64,000 nucleotides of DNA, from the NCBI GenBank assembly GCA_964016885.1, contig OZ024765.1, forward strand, positions 11,408,001-11,472,000. The letters are read 5' to 3'. How positions within the stretch are numbered: position 1 is the stretch's first letter; the number at the start of each line of letters is the position of its first letter. The notes under the pieces are model-generated. The model was not told the DNA's origin. It did not search any database and was given only the letters and a program-made list of their open reading frames with translations. The DNA comes from Eledone cirrhosa (Eukaryota). A program made the position numbers and the translations under genes. This document shows, one piece after another, positions 12,104 to 26,588 of the stretch.

Positions 12104-13630
12104 GCTACTACTGCTACTGCTGCTGCTTCTGCCGATGCTGCTGATGTCGTTGCAGCTACAGTTATTATTGCTGCTGATTATGCAAGTGTTATTTTGCTAA
12201 TGCTGCTGTTGCTGCAGCTGCTGCTACAGATGTTGCTGTTGCTACAGATGTAGTTGCTGTTGCTGCTGCTGCTGCCGCAGCTGCTATTGTTGCTGTTGCT
12301 GCAGCTGCTGTTGTTTCGGCTGCTGTCGCAGCTGCTGTTGCTCCAGATGTTGTTGCTGCTGTTGTTGTGGTTGCTATTTCTGTTGCTGCTGCTGTTGCTG
12401 CAGATGTTACTGCTGCTGTTGCTGCAGTTGCTGTTGTTTCGGCTGCTGTTGTTGCTGCTGCCGCAGCTGCTGTTGTTGCTGTTGCTGCAGCTGCTGTTGC
12501 TCCAGATGTTGTTGCTGCTGTTGTTGTGGTTGCTATTTCTGTTGCTGCTGCTGTTGCTGCAGATGTTGCTGCTGCCGCAGCTGCTGTTGTTGCTGTTGCT
12601 GCAGCTGCTGTTGTTTCGGCTGCTGTTGTTGCTGTTGCTGCAGCTGCTGTTGCTCCAGATGTTGTTGGTGCTGTTGTTGTGGTTGCTATTTCTGTTGCTG
12701 CCGCTGTTGCTGCAGATGTTACTGCTGCTGTTGCTGCTGCTGCTGTTCCTAGTCCGGTCTGTACCAACAAGAGGTGGCGGTGTGCAGTTGGTAACCTTGG
12801 CAGGGGAAACGATGATGCAATATTAACCGCAGCACCATTAACAGCAGCAGCAGCACCACCAACAGCAACAGAAGCAGCAGCAGTCATTACAGCAACGGTA
12901 GTCATTGCAAGAACAAAAACAGCAGCAGCTGCAGCAGGATCTGCAACAACAACAACACCAGCAGCAGCTGCAACAACAGCAGCTGCAGCAGAATCAGCAG
13001 CAACAATAACAGCAGCAACTGCAGCAACAACAACAGCAGCTGCAACAGAAGCAGCAGCAACAACAACAGCAGCAACTGCAGCAGAATCAGTAGCAACAAC
13101 AAGAGCAGCTGCAACAGAAGCAGCAGCAACAACAACAGCAGCTGCAACAGAAGCAACAGCAACAACAACAGCAGCAACTGCAGCAGAATAAGCAGCAACA
13201 ACAACAGCAGCAACTGCAGCAGCAACAACATCAGCAGCAGCAACAACAACAGCAGCTGCAATAGAAGCAACAGCAACAACAACAGCAGCAACTGCAGCAG
13301 CAACAACAACAGCAGCTGCAACAGAAGCAGCAACAGCAACAACAACAGCAGCTGCAACAGAAGCAACAGCAGCAACAACAGCAGCAACTGCAGCAGAATC
13401 AGCAGCAACAACAACAGCAGCAACTGCAGCAGAATCAGCAGCAACAACAACAGCGGCTGCTGCAACAGAAGCAGCAGCAACAACAACAGCAGCAACTGCA
13501 ACAGAATCAGCAGCAACAACAACAGCGGCTGCTGCAACAGAAGCAGCAGTAACAACACAATCATCAGCAGCAGCAGCTGCAACAGAAGCAGCAGGAACAA
13601 CAGCAACAGTTGCTGCAGCAAAAGAAGCAA
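11740..13630. repeat. (TGC/TGT)n arm and inverted (GCA/ACA)n arm around an 80-bp unique core
   Basis: Strand switch across 12750-12830. Confidence 0.9.
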
Positions 13631-13744
13631 CAGTAGAATTATTATTATTATTATTATTATTATTAGTAGTAGTAGTAGTAGTAGTAACTACAGCAACAGT
13701 AACAGCAGCTGATAGTGATGGTAGTGGTAGTAGTATTAGTAGTA

Positions 13745-14202
13745 GTATTGGTGGTAGTGGTAGTAGTAGTATTAATAGTAGTGGTGGTAGTAGTATTAAT
13801 AGTAGTGGTGGTAGTAGTATTAATAGTAGTGGTGGTAGTAGTATTAATAGTAGTGGTGGTAGTAGTATTAATAGTAGTGGTGGTAGTAGTATTAATAGTA
13901 GTGGTGGTAGTAGTATTAATAGTAGTGGTGGTAGTAGTATTAATAGTAGTGGTGGTAGTAGTATTAATAGTAGTGGTGGTAGTAGTATTAATAGTAGTGG
14001 TGGTAGTAGTATTAATAGTAGTGGTGGTAGTAGTATTAATAGTAGTGGTGGTAGTAGTATTAATAGTAGTGGTGGTAGTAGTATTAATAGTAGTGGTGGT
14101 AGTAGTATTAATAGTAGTGGTGGTAGTAGTATTAATAGTAGTGGTGGTAGTAGTATTAATAGTAGTGGTGGTAGTAGTATTAATAGTAGTGGTGGTAGTA
14201 GT
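13745..14202. repeat. Near-perfect 24-bp minisatellite GTATTAATAGTAGTGGTGGTAGTA, ~18-19 copies
   Basis: Directly visible. Confidence 0.95.
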
Positions 14203-14865
14203 ATCAGTCAGTGCGTTTGGTGAAAAGTAACAGCAGCAGCAACTGTAGCAGCAAGGTCAGCAGCTGTTAATTTGAACAACAACAACAACAGCAGCAAAGT
14301 CAACAGAAGAAGAAGAAGGAGAAGAAAAGGAAGAAGAAAAAGAAGAAAAGGAAGAAGGCAAAGAAGAAGAAAAGGAAGAAGGCAAAGAAGAAGAAAAGGA
14401 AGAAGGCAAAGAAGAAGAAAAGGAAGAAGGCAAAGAAGAAGAAAAGGAAGAAGGCAAAGAAGAAGAAAAGGAAGAAGAAAAAGAAGAAAAGGAAGAAGGC
14501 AAAGAAGAAGAAAAAGAATAATAATAATAATAATAAGAAGAAGAAGAAGAAGAAGAAGAAAAGGAAGAAGAAGAAGAAGAAGAAGAAGAAGAAGAAAAGG
14601 AAGAAGGAGAAGAAGAAGAAGAAGAAGAAGAAGAAGAAGAAGAAGAAGAAGAAGAAGAAGAAAAGAAAGATGAAAAAGAAGAAGAAACAACAACAGTAGT
14701 ATTATCTGACCAGTGTTACACCGTGTCCACTCTGCTATCCTCCCTCCACCATACTATTTATTCTATTTAATATAATTAATCGTTTCACCATCGTCACCAT
14801 CAACATCATCATCATCATCATCGTTGTCATCATAATCATCGTCATCATCGTCATCGTCACCATCG

Positions 14866-14901
<36 letters not shown>

Positions 14902-15138
14902 CCATCATCATCATTATCAACATCTGTTTCTTGTCCTCCTCATCATAGTTTCTATGTCCAATCATTCATACTAGCACGGACCACAGGTAGAACGGGGGTG
15001 CATGGGTTTGAGAGAAAATTTTCCACCCGGACACCCTTCTTCACACCAACACTTTTAATCACTTCTTACGACAAGCAAAGAAGCAAGACAGCTTTTCTAA
15101 AAACAAAGGTGCACACAGTATAAATTTATATTTGTGTA

Positions 15139-15484
15139 TCATCATCATCATCATCATCATTTTACGTCCACTTTTCCCTGCTTGCAAGGGTGGGACGGGA
15201 ACTGATTCTGGCTTGATTTCTACAGCTGGATGCCCTTCCTAACACCAACCTCATTTACAGTGAGTGCCGGGTGCTTTTTTTGCCGTGGCACCTCCACGAC
15301 CACTTTGCAGTGGAATGATAGGGACCCCAGTCCCTATCATCTCATTTCTACAGCTGAGGAAACTGGAGCAATGTGAAATAAAGTGTCTTGCTCAAGGAAA
15401 CACCACATCACCCGGTCTGAGAATTGAACTCACAACCTTTCGATTGCAAGGCCAATGCTCTAACCACTAAGCCATGTGCCTCCA
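15139..15484 (-). mobile_element. Full-length tRNA-headed SINE with RTE-type tail (family C)
   Basis: Head TGGCTTAGTGGTTAGAGCATTGGCCTTGCAATCG...GAGTTCAATTCT; tail shared with the RTE 3' end at 1505-1560; twin copy at 37308-37658. Confidence 0.9.
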
Positions 15485-16239
15485 TAATATATATAAAAAT
15501 ATATAAAACCATAGAGCAAAAACAATAGAGTATTTGGACACATTGCACCTGTCAACAGTGTATTCCCATACTTGTGACTGGATTGTTTACATATACACCT
15601 CTCAAAGGCGATGACTCAGGACTGTGACCTCTGGCGCCACGCAGTAATACAGAAGACCCGACCCCCGACGGGTACAAGCCGAAGCTGAAGCATATAGACA
15701 ATATGCCTCCACACCCTCCCACTGTAAAGTGAACGTGGAGGTGCCACGGCAATAAAGCACCCAGCACTCACTGTAAATGAGGTTGGTGTTAGGAAGGGCA
15801 TCCAGCTGTAGAAATCAAGCCAGAATCAGTTCCCGTATGAGCAAGACAAGGTCAGCAGACCGGACACTGCCTACAACAGGACAACCCGTCTAACCCATGC
15901 TAGCGTGGGAGAACGGACGTAAAACGGTGATGATGATACAAGTGGAGATAACTACAATGGTTTCTAATTTAGTCATAAGGCCAGCAACTTTTAGGGATAG
16001 GGGTAAGTTGGTTATTCAGACCCCAGTACCTGTCTGGTACTTTAAAGACCCTGAAAGGATGAGGGGCAAAGTTGACCTTTGGTGGATTTGAAATCAGAAT
16101 CTACAGAGCTGGAACAAATACTGCGAAGCATTTGTGTCACTCCACCGACTCTGCAATTCAAAAGCTCAGAATTATATTTTTATTAAACGATTTGTAAATC
16201 GTTGCCAGCGTTTTTCATTATAAATATGGCCATGAAAGA

Positions 16240-19200
16240 GTGGTGCAGGTGGTGGCAGTGGTGGTAGTGGTGGTAGTGGTGGTAGAGGTGGTGGTAGTGG
16301 TGGTAGTGGTGTGTGTGGTGGTGGTAGTGGTGGTGGTGGTGGTGGTAGTGGTGGTAGTGGTGGTGGTGGTAGTGGTGGTGGCAGTGGTGGTGGTGGTGGT
16401 AGTGGTGGTGGTGGTAGTGGTGGTGGTGGTAGTGGTGGTGGTGGTGGTAGTGGTGTGTGTGGTGGTGGTAGTGGTGGTGGTGGTAGTGGTGGTAGTGGTG
16501 TGTGTGGTGGTGGTAGTGGTGGTAGTGGTGGTGGTGGTGGTGGTGGTGGTGGTGTGTGTGGTGGTGGTAGTGGTGGTGGGTGGTGGTGGATGCTGTGGTA
16601 GTGGTTGTTGTAGTTGTAGTAGTGGTGGTGGTGGTGGATGCTGTGGTAGTGGTTGTTATAGTTGTAGTAGTGGTGGTAGTGGTGGTGGTGGTGGTGGATG
16701 CTTTGGTAGTGGTTGTAGTAGTGGTGGTGGTGGATGCTGTGGTAGTGGTTGTTGTAGTTGTAGTGGTGGTGGTGGTGTTGGTGGATGCTGTGGTAGTGGG
16801 TGTTGTAGTTGTAGTGGTGGTGGTGGTGGATGCTGTGGTAGTGGTTGTTGTAGTTGTAGTGGTGGTGGTGGATGCTGTGGTAGTGGTGGTGGTGGTGGTG
16901 GATGCTGTGGTAGTGGTTGTTGTAGTTGTAGTTGTAGTGGTGGTGGTGGTGGATGCTGTGGTAGTGGTTGTTGTAGTTGTAGTGGCGGTGGTGGTGGATG
17001 CTGTGGTAGTGGTTGTTGTAGTAGTGGTAGTGGTGGCGGTGGTGGTGGATGCTGTGGTAGTGGTTGTTGTAGTAGTGGTAGTGGTGGTGGTGGATGCTGT
17101 GGTAGTGGTTGTAGTAGTTGTAGTTGTAGTGGTGGTGGTGGTGGATGCTGTGGTAGTGGTTGTTGTAGTTGTAGTGGCGGTGGTGGTGGATGCTGTGGTA
17201 GTGGTTGTTGTAGTTGTAGTGGTGGTGGTGGTGGATGCTGTGGTAGTGGTTGTTGTAGTTGTAGTGGTGGTGGTGGTGGATGCTGTGGTAGTGGTTGTTG
17301 TAGTTGTAGTGGTGGTGGTGGTGGATGCTGTGGTAGTGGTTGTTGTAGTAGTGGTAGTGGTGGCGGTGGTGGTGGATGCTGTGGTAGTGGTTGTTGTAGT
17401 TGTAGTTGTAGTGGTGGTGGTGGTGGATGCTGTGGTAGTGGTTGTTGTAGTTGTAGTGGCGGTGGTGGTGGATGCTGTGGTAGTGGTTGTTGTAGTAGTG
17501 GTAGTGGTGGCAGTGGTGGTGGATGCTGTGGTAGTGGTTGTTGTAGTTGTAGTTGTAGTGGTGGTGGTGGTGGATGCTGTGGTAGTGGTTGTTGTAGTTG
17601 TAGTGGCGGTGGTGGTGGATGCTGTGGTAGTGGTTGTTGTAGTAGTGGTAGTGGTGGCGGTGGTGGTGGATGCTGTGGTAGTGGTTGTTGTAGTAGTGGT
17701 AGTGGTGGTGGTGGATGCTGTGGTAGTGGTTGTAGTAGTTGTAGTTGTAGTGATGGTGGTGGTGGATGCTGTGGTAGTGGTTGTTGTAGTTGTAGTGGCG
17801 GTGGTGGTGGATGCTGTGGTAGTGGTTGTTGTAGTTGTAGTGGCGGTGGTGGTGGATGCTGTGGTAGTGGTTGTGGATGCTGTGGTAGTGGTTGTTGTAG
17901 TTGTAGTTGTAGTGGTGGTGGTGGTGGATGCTGTGGTAGTGTTTGTTGTAGTTGTAGTGGCGGTGGTGGTGGATGCTGTGGTAGTGGTTGTTGTAGTAGT
18001 GGTAGCGGTGGTGGTGGATGCTGTGGTAGTGGTTGTTGTAGTAGTGGTAGTGGTGGCGGTGGTGGTGGATGCTGTGGTAGTGGTTGTTGTAGTTGTAGTT
18101 GTAGTGGTGGTGGTGGTGGATGCTGTGGTAGTGGTTGTTGTAGTTGTAGTGGCGGTGGTGGTGGATGCTGTGGTAGTGGTTGTTGTAGTGGTGGCGGTGG
18201 TGGTGGATGCTGTGGTAGTGGTTGTTGTAGTAGTGGTAGTGGTGGCGGTGGTGGTGGATGCTGTGGTAGTGGTTGTTGTAGTTGTAGTTGTAGTGGTGGT
18301 GGTGGTGGATGCTGTGGTAGTGGTTGTTGTAGTTGTAGTGGCGGTGGATGCTGTGGTAGTGGTTGTTGTAGTAGTGGTAGTGGTGGTGGTGGGTGGTGGA
18401 TGCTGTGGTAGTGGTTGTTGTAGTTGTAGTTGTAGTGGTGGTGGTGGTGGATGCTGTGGTAGTGGTTGTTGTAGTAGTGGTAGTGGTGGGTGGTGGATGC
18501 TGTGGTAGTGGTTGTAGTAGTGGTAGTTGTAGTGGTGGTGGTGGTGGTGGATTCTGTGGTAGTGGTTGTAGTAGTGGTAGTTGTAGTGGTGGTGGTGGTG
18601 GTGGATGCTGTGGTAGTGGTTGTAGTAGTGGTAGTGGTGGCGGTGGTGGTGGATGCTGTGGTAGTGGTTGTTGTAGTTGTAGTTGTAGTGGTGGTGGTGG
18701 TGGATGCTGTGGTAGTGTTTGTTGTAGTTGTAGTGGCGGTGGTGGTGGATGCTGTGGTAGTGGTTGTTGTAGTAGTGGTAGCGGTGGTGGTGGATGCTGT
18801 GGTAGTGGTTGTTGTAGTAGTGGTAGTGGTGGCGGTGGTGGTGGATGCTGTGGTAGTGGTTGTTGTAGTTGTAGTTGTAGTGGTGGTGGTGGTGGATGCT
18901 GTGGTAGTGGTTGTTGTAGTTGTAGTGGCGGTGGTGGTGGATGCTGTGGTAGTGGTTGTTGTAGTGGTGGCGGTGGTGGTGGATGCTGTGGTAGTGGTTG
19001 TTGTAGTAGTGGTAGTGGTGGCGGTGGTGGTGGATGCTGTGGTAGTGGTTGTTGTAGTTGTAGTTGTAGTGGTGGTGGTGGTGGATGCTGTGGTAGTGGT
19101 TGTTGTAGTTGTAGTGGCGGTGGTGGTGGATGCTGTGGTAGTGGTTGTTGTAGTGGTGGCGGTGGTGGTGGATGCTGTGGTAGTGGTTGTTGTAGTAGTG

Positions 19201-20892
19201 GTAGTGGTGGCGGTGGTGGTGGATGCTGTGGTAGTGGTTGTTGTAGTTGTAGTTGTAGTGGTGGTGGTGGTGGATGCTGTGGTAGTGGTTGTTGTAGTTG
19301 TAGTGGCGGTGGTGGTGGATGCTGTGGTAGTGGTTGTTGTAGTGGTGGCGGTGGTGGTGGATGCTGTGGTAGTGGTTGTTGTAGTAGTGGTAGTGGTGGT
19401 GGTGGGTGGTGGATGCTGTGGTAGTGGTTGTAGTAGTGGTAGTTGTAGTGGTGGTGGTGGTGGTGGTGGTGGTGGATGCTGTGGTAGTGGTTGTAGTAGT
19501 GGTAGTTGTAGTGGTGGTGGTGGATGCTGTGGTAGTGGTTGTTGTAGTAGTGGTAGTGGTGGGTGGTGGATGCTGTGGTAGTGGTTGTAGTAGTGGTAGT
19601 TGTAGTGGTGGTGGTGGTGGTGGATTCTGTGGTAGTGGTTGTAGTAGTGGTAGTTGTAGTGGTGGTGGTGGTGGTGGATGCTGTGGTAGTGGTTGTAGTA
19701 GTGGTAGTGGTGGTGGTGGTGGTGGATTCTGTGGTAGTGGTTGTAGTAGTGGTAGTTGTAGTGGTGGTGGTGGTGGTGGATTCTGTGGTAGTGGTTGTAG
19801 TAGTGGTAGTTGTAGTGGTGGTGGTGGTGGTGGTGGATATGTGGTAGTGGTTGTAGTAGTGGTAGTTGTAGTGGTGGTGGTGGTGGTGGATTCTGTGGTA
19901 GTGGTTGTAGTAGTGGTAGTTGTAGTGGTGGTGGTGGTGGTGGTGGATATGTGGTAGTGGTTGTAGTAGTGGTAGTTGTAGTGGTGGTGGTGGTGGTGGA
20001 TTCTGTGGTAGTGGTTGTAGTAGTGGTAGTTGTAGTGGTGGTGGTGGTGGTGGTGGATATGTGGTAGTGGTTGTAGTAGTGGTAGTTGTAGTGGTGGTGG
20101 TGGTGGTGGATGCTGTGGTAGTGGTTGTAGTAGTGGTAGTGGTGGTGGTGGTGGTGGATTCTGTGGTAGTGGTTGTAGTAGTGGTAGTTGTAGTGGTGGT
20201 GGTGGTGGTGGTGGATGCTGTGGTAGTGGTTGTAGTAGTGGTAGTGGTGGTGGTGGTGGTGGTGGTGGATTCTGTGGTAGTGGTTGTAGTAGTGGTAGTT
20301 GTAGTGGTGGTGGTGGTGGTGGTGGATGCTGTGGTAGTGGTTGTAGTAGTGGTAGTGGTGGTGGTGGTGTTGCTGATGGGGAAACACGACTGCAATGATG
20401 ACATGACCGCCCGGCTGAGCAATGCATTTTCATCTACCTGACTCTTGTTGATAGTATCCATGGCGACGACACATGGTGGTGGTGGTGGTGGTGGTAGTAG
20501 TGGTGGTGATGGTGGTGGTGTGGTAGTAGTGGTGGTGATGGTAGTAGTGGTGGTGGTAGTAGTGGTGGTAGTAGTAGTAGTGGTCGTGGTGGTGGTGGTA
20601 GTGGTGGTGGCTGTGTGGTGGTGGTGGTGTGATGGTGGTGGTGTGGTAGTAGTGGTGATGGTAGTAGTGGTGGTGGTAGTAGTGGTGTTAGTAGTAGTAG
20701 TTGTGGTGGTGGCAGTAGTGGTGGTGATAGTAGTAGTGGTGGTGGCGGTAGTGGTGGTGGTGGTGTGATAGTAGTGGTGGTAGTAGTAGTAGTGGTAGTG
20801 GTGATGGTGGTAGTGGTGGTGGTAGTGGTGATAGTAGTGGTGGTAGTAGTAGTAGTGGTAGTGGTGATGGTGGTAGTGGTGGTGGTGGTGGT
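16240..20892. repeat. 4.6-kb compound GGT/AGT/TGT minisatellite (units of ~30-50 bp punctuated by GGATGCTGTGGTAGTGG)
   Basis: Directly visible; unique island at 20370-20474. Confidence 0.95.
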
Positions 20893-22013
20893 ATGAGGTG
20901 ACATTGATTGTAAATAGTACAAAAAGAGAGGGGGGGGGAGACGAGGTCATGTGACACTGTGGAATCCAGCTGTGAGCTGTGTACACATGTACTTACTCTG
21001 CCTATGTGTGTGTGAATGTGTGTGTATGTGTGTGTGAATGTGTGTGTATGTGTGTGTGTGTCTGTGTATGTGCGTGTGTATCTGTGTATGTGCGTGTGTA
21101 TCTGTGTATGTGCGTCTGTGTATGCGTGTGTGTCGGTGTCTATGTGTGTGTATGTGTGTGTCTGTGTGTATGTGTGTATGTCTGTGTGTGTCTGTGTGCA
21201 TGTGTCTATGTGTGTGTATGTGTGTATGTCTGTGTGTGTGTCTGTGTGTATGTGTGTATGTGTGCATGTGTGTATGTGTGTGCATGTGTCTATGTGTGTG
21301 TATGTGTGTATGTCTGTGTCTATGTGTGTGTGTGCATGTGTGTATGTGTGTGCATGTGTGTATGTGTGTGCATGTGTCTATGTGTGTGTATGTGTGTATG
21401 TCTGTGTCTATGTGTGTGTGTGTGTGTGTGTCGGTGTCTGTGTGTGGCAGACATGGTGTATGTGTGTGTGTGTCTATGTATTTGTGTATGCATGTGTGTG
21501 TCTGTGTGTATATATGTGCGTATTTGTTTATGTGTGCCTGTCTATGTGTGTGCGTGTAAGGTGTTCATGTAAGTTTGTATAAATGTATGTATGTATGTAT
21601 ATATATATATATATATGTATATATGCAGGTATGTATATATGTATATATGCATGTATGTATGTATGTACATATGTATGTATGTATATGCATGTATGTATAT
21701 ATATATATATATGCATGCATGTATGTATGTGTAAGTATGTATATGTGTATGTATGTGTATATATATGCATGTATGTATATATATGCATGTATGTATGTAT
21801 ATATGTGTATATATATGCATGTATGTATGTATATATGTGTATATATATGCATGTATGTATGTATATAAGTATGTATGCATGCATGTATGTGTATGTATGT
21901 ATGTTTATGTGTGTGTGTGTATATATATATATGCATGTATGTATTATGTATGTATGTATCTATGATGTATGTATGTATGTCTGTATGCATGTAGGTATAT
22001 ATATATGTATGTG

Positions 22014-22044
<31 letters not shown>

Positions 22045-22262
22045 AATGCAGACATATGTATGTATATGCTTCTCTTTCATTTAATTTCAAGTACACTTTC
22101 GACTGGCCACCTTCCTGTATGTATGTATAATGTGTGTATACATATATGATGTATGCATGTAAGTATATATATGTATGGATGCACACACATATATATACAC
22201 ATAGATATATACATATATACATATATATATATATACATCTATACATATATATATATACATCT

Positions 22263-22372
<110 letters not shown>

Positions 22373-22710
22373 GTGTGTGTATATAGGTACATATCACTGT
22401 CACCATTATCAGTGTTTAATGGCTGTTGAAATTGATATAAATGTAGTTATACAACCACATACACACACACACATACATACATACATACATACAGTTTCTC
22501 CTTGATACTTCTTCTGCTCATTCTTGTAGCAAAGTGTTAGCAGAATAAAATGTCCCCTTTTTTTTCGCCTTGGCTATTCATGCCCTACTATAAAACATGA
22601 AACTTCGAAGTTACAGTCACTTTTCTATTTAGAAAATATTTTTCTGCAGTACTCAATGTTCATTCAGTTATGTTTATGTTTTTCAATATTTTAAATTTGA
22701 ATGCACATTC

Positions 22711-22755
<45 letters not shown>

Positions 22756-22837
22756 AGATATGTCAACATGAATGGACCTGTTATTTTTTCCAATTCCAAC
22801 CAGCCCGTCCCCTCAATCTATCTTATTTCTCATTCTT

Positions 22838-22960
22838 TCTTCTGATGAAGGACTAGCATCTGAAATGTTAAGACCATTTTCCTGCTATTTCAAGCGTTAA
22901 CCTAATATATACCTTCCATATACTGTACCGATTGTGTTGTTATTTCTGTTTACCTTTTAC
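22838..22960 (+). mobile_element. Short-stem hammerhead motif plus tail (second PLE-type family)
   Basis: UCUU-CUGAUGA-AGGACUAGCAUCU-GAAAUGUUA-AGA; ~120-bp homologue on the minus strand at 55860-55980 and a motif at 50190-50226. Confidence 0.65.
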
Positions 22961-22968
22961 ATATATAT

Positions 22969-23481
22969 ACTAGCCGAATTACCCGTGTCTTGCTGCATTT
23001 TTGTAAGAAAATAATGAATCATTTTAAATCAGTGATATAATTTATGGAGAAAAACTCTACATTTCAATATTACTCAATGTAAAATGTAATGCATGAAAAA
23101 TTGGAAAACATTGTTTTGTGTAATATATCAAATTAAAATTACATTATTAAATCTTATTTTGTTTCCTGTAAATAATTTTTTTCAAAATATCAGTTCAAAA
23201 CTTTTGTGAATAGGCATCATATCTTGTCATTTACCTATGGTTTAAATTTCATATAAATCGAAGGGAAAAATTGTTCAGCGTGATTTTTCAGTGGGGGTTT
23301 GTTCCCCCCGGGGAACCCTTTGATTAAAATTAAATATACTTATCCAAGTACCCTGGGCAATGTAGTTTCAGAATATATATGGTTATGGGGGTCGATCTCC
23401 CAAACCATAGGAGAAGTTTGTGAACAAACAAAGAAACAAACAGACAGACAGGAACTACAACTTTATATATATATAGAAGAT
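22969..23481 (-). mobile_element. Non-autonomous Helitron-like element
   Basis: Minus strand starts A^TC(TTC)TATATATATAAAGTTG with a subterminal (CTGT)n and ends CGGGTAATTCGG-CTAG^T. Confidence 0.65.
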
Positions 23482-23723
23482 ATATATATCCAGGGAGTGT
23501 AATGTGCAGTTACTGTAGGTTCATTCATGGTTATTTGCACGATAAACACCCAGTACACTCTGTAAAATTGTTGGCGTTGGGAAGGGCATGCAACTATAGA
23601 AAACCTGCCAAACAAAGGCATGGCAACCTCTCTGATGTTGGTCATCAATGTGATACACACTCAGTAGACAACCAAAGAAAACCTGCCAAAGAGAGACATG
23701 ACAACCTCTTTCATGTTCATTAT

Positions 23724-24083
23724 TTGGATTGGCAGTATCGGTAGAGGGTCGGACGCCATGCTCTCCAGCATAGTTACGTCCCTTTACGATCTGAGTTCAA
23801 ATCCCGCCGAGGTTGACTTTGCCTTTCATCCTTACGGGGTCGATAAAATAAAGTACCAGTATTGCACTGGGTAATTGCTGGCCTTGTGCCTAAAGTAGAA
23901 ACAATTATTTACACGGTGGTCTGACCCCATGCTTTGCTGCAAAGAGTTACAGTCTTTTATGGTCTGAGTTCAAATCCCGCCAAGGTTAACTTTGCCTTTC
24001 ATCCTTACAGGGTCTAGAAAACAAAGCTTCAGTAATGAACTGGGGGTAATTGCTGGTCTTGTGCCAAAAGTCGAAACAATTAT
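23724..24083 (+). mobile_element. Two tandem SINE family A copies
   Basis: Homology to 1838-2035. Confidence 0.9.
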
Positions 24084-26456
24084 TGATGACAACGATGAAG
24101 ACGATGATGATGACAAAAAGATAGAGAGACAGAGAGATAGAGATAGAGAGAGAGGGAGACAGACAAAATCGAAGAAGAAGAGAGGAGAGGGCTGATGATG
24201 AGTGTCCATGAGGAAGGGGGGGGGGGCATGTTGTAACAACTGGCAAAATAAACCGTCTAGCATGTGTGGAAGATTTTTGTTGTTGTGGTTGTGGTTTTAC
24301 AGTTGTCGTTTTAGTACCTGTTTTGTTGTGGTGTTTGTGGTTGTTGGTGGTAATGGTTGGTGTTGTGTATGGTTCTGCAGATGTAGAAGAAGCAGTTTCA
24401 GTGTTGTTGTGCCTGTTGTTGTTGTTGTGGTTTTACAGTTGTCGTTTTAGTACCTGTTTTGTTGTGGTGTTTGTGGTTGTTGGTCGTAATGGTTGGGATT
24501 TGGTATGGTTCTGCAGATGTAGTAGAAGCACTTTCAGCGTTGTTGTCGTTTTAGTACCTGTTTTGTGGTTGTTGGTGGTAATGGTTTCTATTGTGTATGG
24601 CTCTACAGTGATCCCATGCTGGGAAACAAACAATTAGAAGAAACCCCAGGGGACCTGTATGGCCTTTGATTGGCCATGTGAATGACCATAGTGGAAGTGG
24701 TCAAGATAAGCTCCGTCAAAGCGAAACAGTTGTTTTTTCTGTTCCACTACACTGACCTCTAGTGGTGTGTAGAGAAACTAAACTGTTTTTCATTAGTGAG
24801 GCTATTGACAGTATCGTTGTTGTTGTTGTTGCAGTTATTGCTGTTGTTATTGTTGTTGTTGTTTTTGCTGTTGATATTGCTACTGTTTTTGTTGTTGCTG
24901 TTATTGCTGTTGTTGTTGTTATTGCTGTTGTCATTATTGTTGTTGTCATTGTTATTGTCGCTGCTGTTGTTGCTGTTATTGTTATTGCAAGGATGTTGAT
25001 AATGGTAATTGTGCAGTTGTTGTTGTTGTTGTTGTTGATGTTGGTGGCAGTGGTGTTAGGTATGTTAGCATTTGTATTGCAGGTGTTAGGGGTGGGTGTG
25101 GAGGCTGGTAGTAGAGGTGGTGGTGGTGATACTGGAGATGGTGGAGGGACAGCTGGTAGTGGTGGTGGTGGTGGTGGTAGTGATGGTGGAGGTGGTGGAG
25201 GGACAGCTGGTAGTGGTGGTGGTAGTGATGCTGGAGGTGGTGGAGGGATAGCTGGTAGCAGTGGTGGTGGTGATGATTGAGAGATGGCTGGTAGTGGTGG
25301 TGGTATTGATGCTGGAGGTGGTGGTGACGGTGGAGGGATGGCTGGTGGTGGTGGTAGAGATGCTGGAGGTGGTGGAGGGACAGCTGGTAGTGGTGATGGT
25401 GGAGGGAAGGCTGGTGGTGGTGGTGGTGATAGTGATGGTGATGTTATAATGGTGGTGGAGTTGGTGATGGTGGTGTTGTAGATGATGGTTGTCGGTGTTT
25501 GTGGAGAGAAGGGTGGTGGTGGTGTTAACACAGCCACCACCACTAACACCACCATCACAACTCCCCCACTACCACCACCATCACCACCACCACCACTACC
25601 ACCACCACCACCACCACTACAACCACCACCACCACAACCACCACAACTCCCCCACTACCGCCACCATCACCACCACCACCACCACTACAGCCACCACCAC
25701 TACAACCACCACCACCACCACTACAACCACCATCACCACCACCACCACCACAACCACCACAACTCCCCCACTACCGCCACCATCACCACCACCACCACCA
25801 CCACTACAGCCACCACCACTACAACCACCACCACCACCACTACAACCACCACCACTACAACCACCACCACCACCACTACAACCACCACCACCACCACCAC
25901 TACAACCACCACCACTACAACCACCACCACCACCACTACAACCACCACCACCACCACCACCACCACCACCACCACAACTCCCCCACTACCGCCACCATCA
26001 CCACCACCACCACCACTACAACCACCACTACAACCACCACCACCACAACCACCACCACCACCACCATCACAACTCCCCCACTACCGCCACCATCACCACC
26101 ACCACCACCACTACAGCCACCACCACTACAACCACCACCACCACTACAACCACCACCACCACTACAACCACCACCACCACCACCACCACCACGATTTAAG
26201 TCATTGCCTCTTCTCTCATTCGATAACACAACACCACAGAGTGCAGGTGCAGTGTTGCACTGCTGTTTTCTCTTGTTGGTGCACAATGCATCTAGAATAC
26301 TCCTACACACACACGCACTCAGGTGTGCACATATACTCGTACATGTGTATACAGGTGTTCACATATGCACATGCATATATAAGTACACCCAAGTGCAGAT
26401 GCACAAATATATATATACACACACACACAAATATATATATATATACATACATACAC

Positions 26457-26490
<34 letters not shown>

Positions 26491-26553
26491 GTTTGTGTAT
26501 ATATATGTATATACATATATATATATATATACACAAACATATATATATATCAA

Positions 26554-26588
<35 letters not shown>

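Noticed and set aside
12189-13191. Ala/Thr-rich antifreeze-glycoprotein-like ORFs
   Set aside because: Trinucleotide repeats open in several frames on both strands; no signal peptide or gene structure.
16172-20986. 1200-1600 aa ORFs (mucin-like Thr, His/Tyr, Pro/Gln or Cys/Gly-rich)
   Set aside because: All three minus frames are open because the repeat lacks stop codons, and the peptide types swap at indels; no sign of frame selection.
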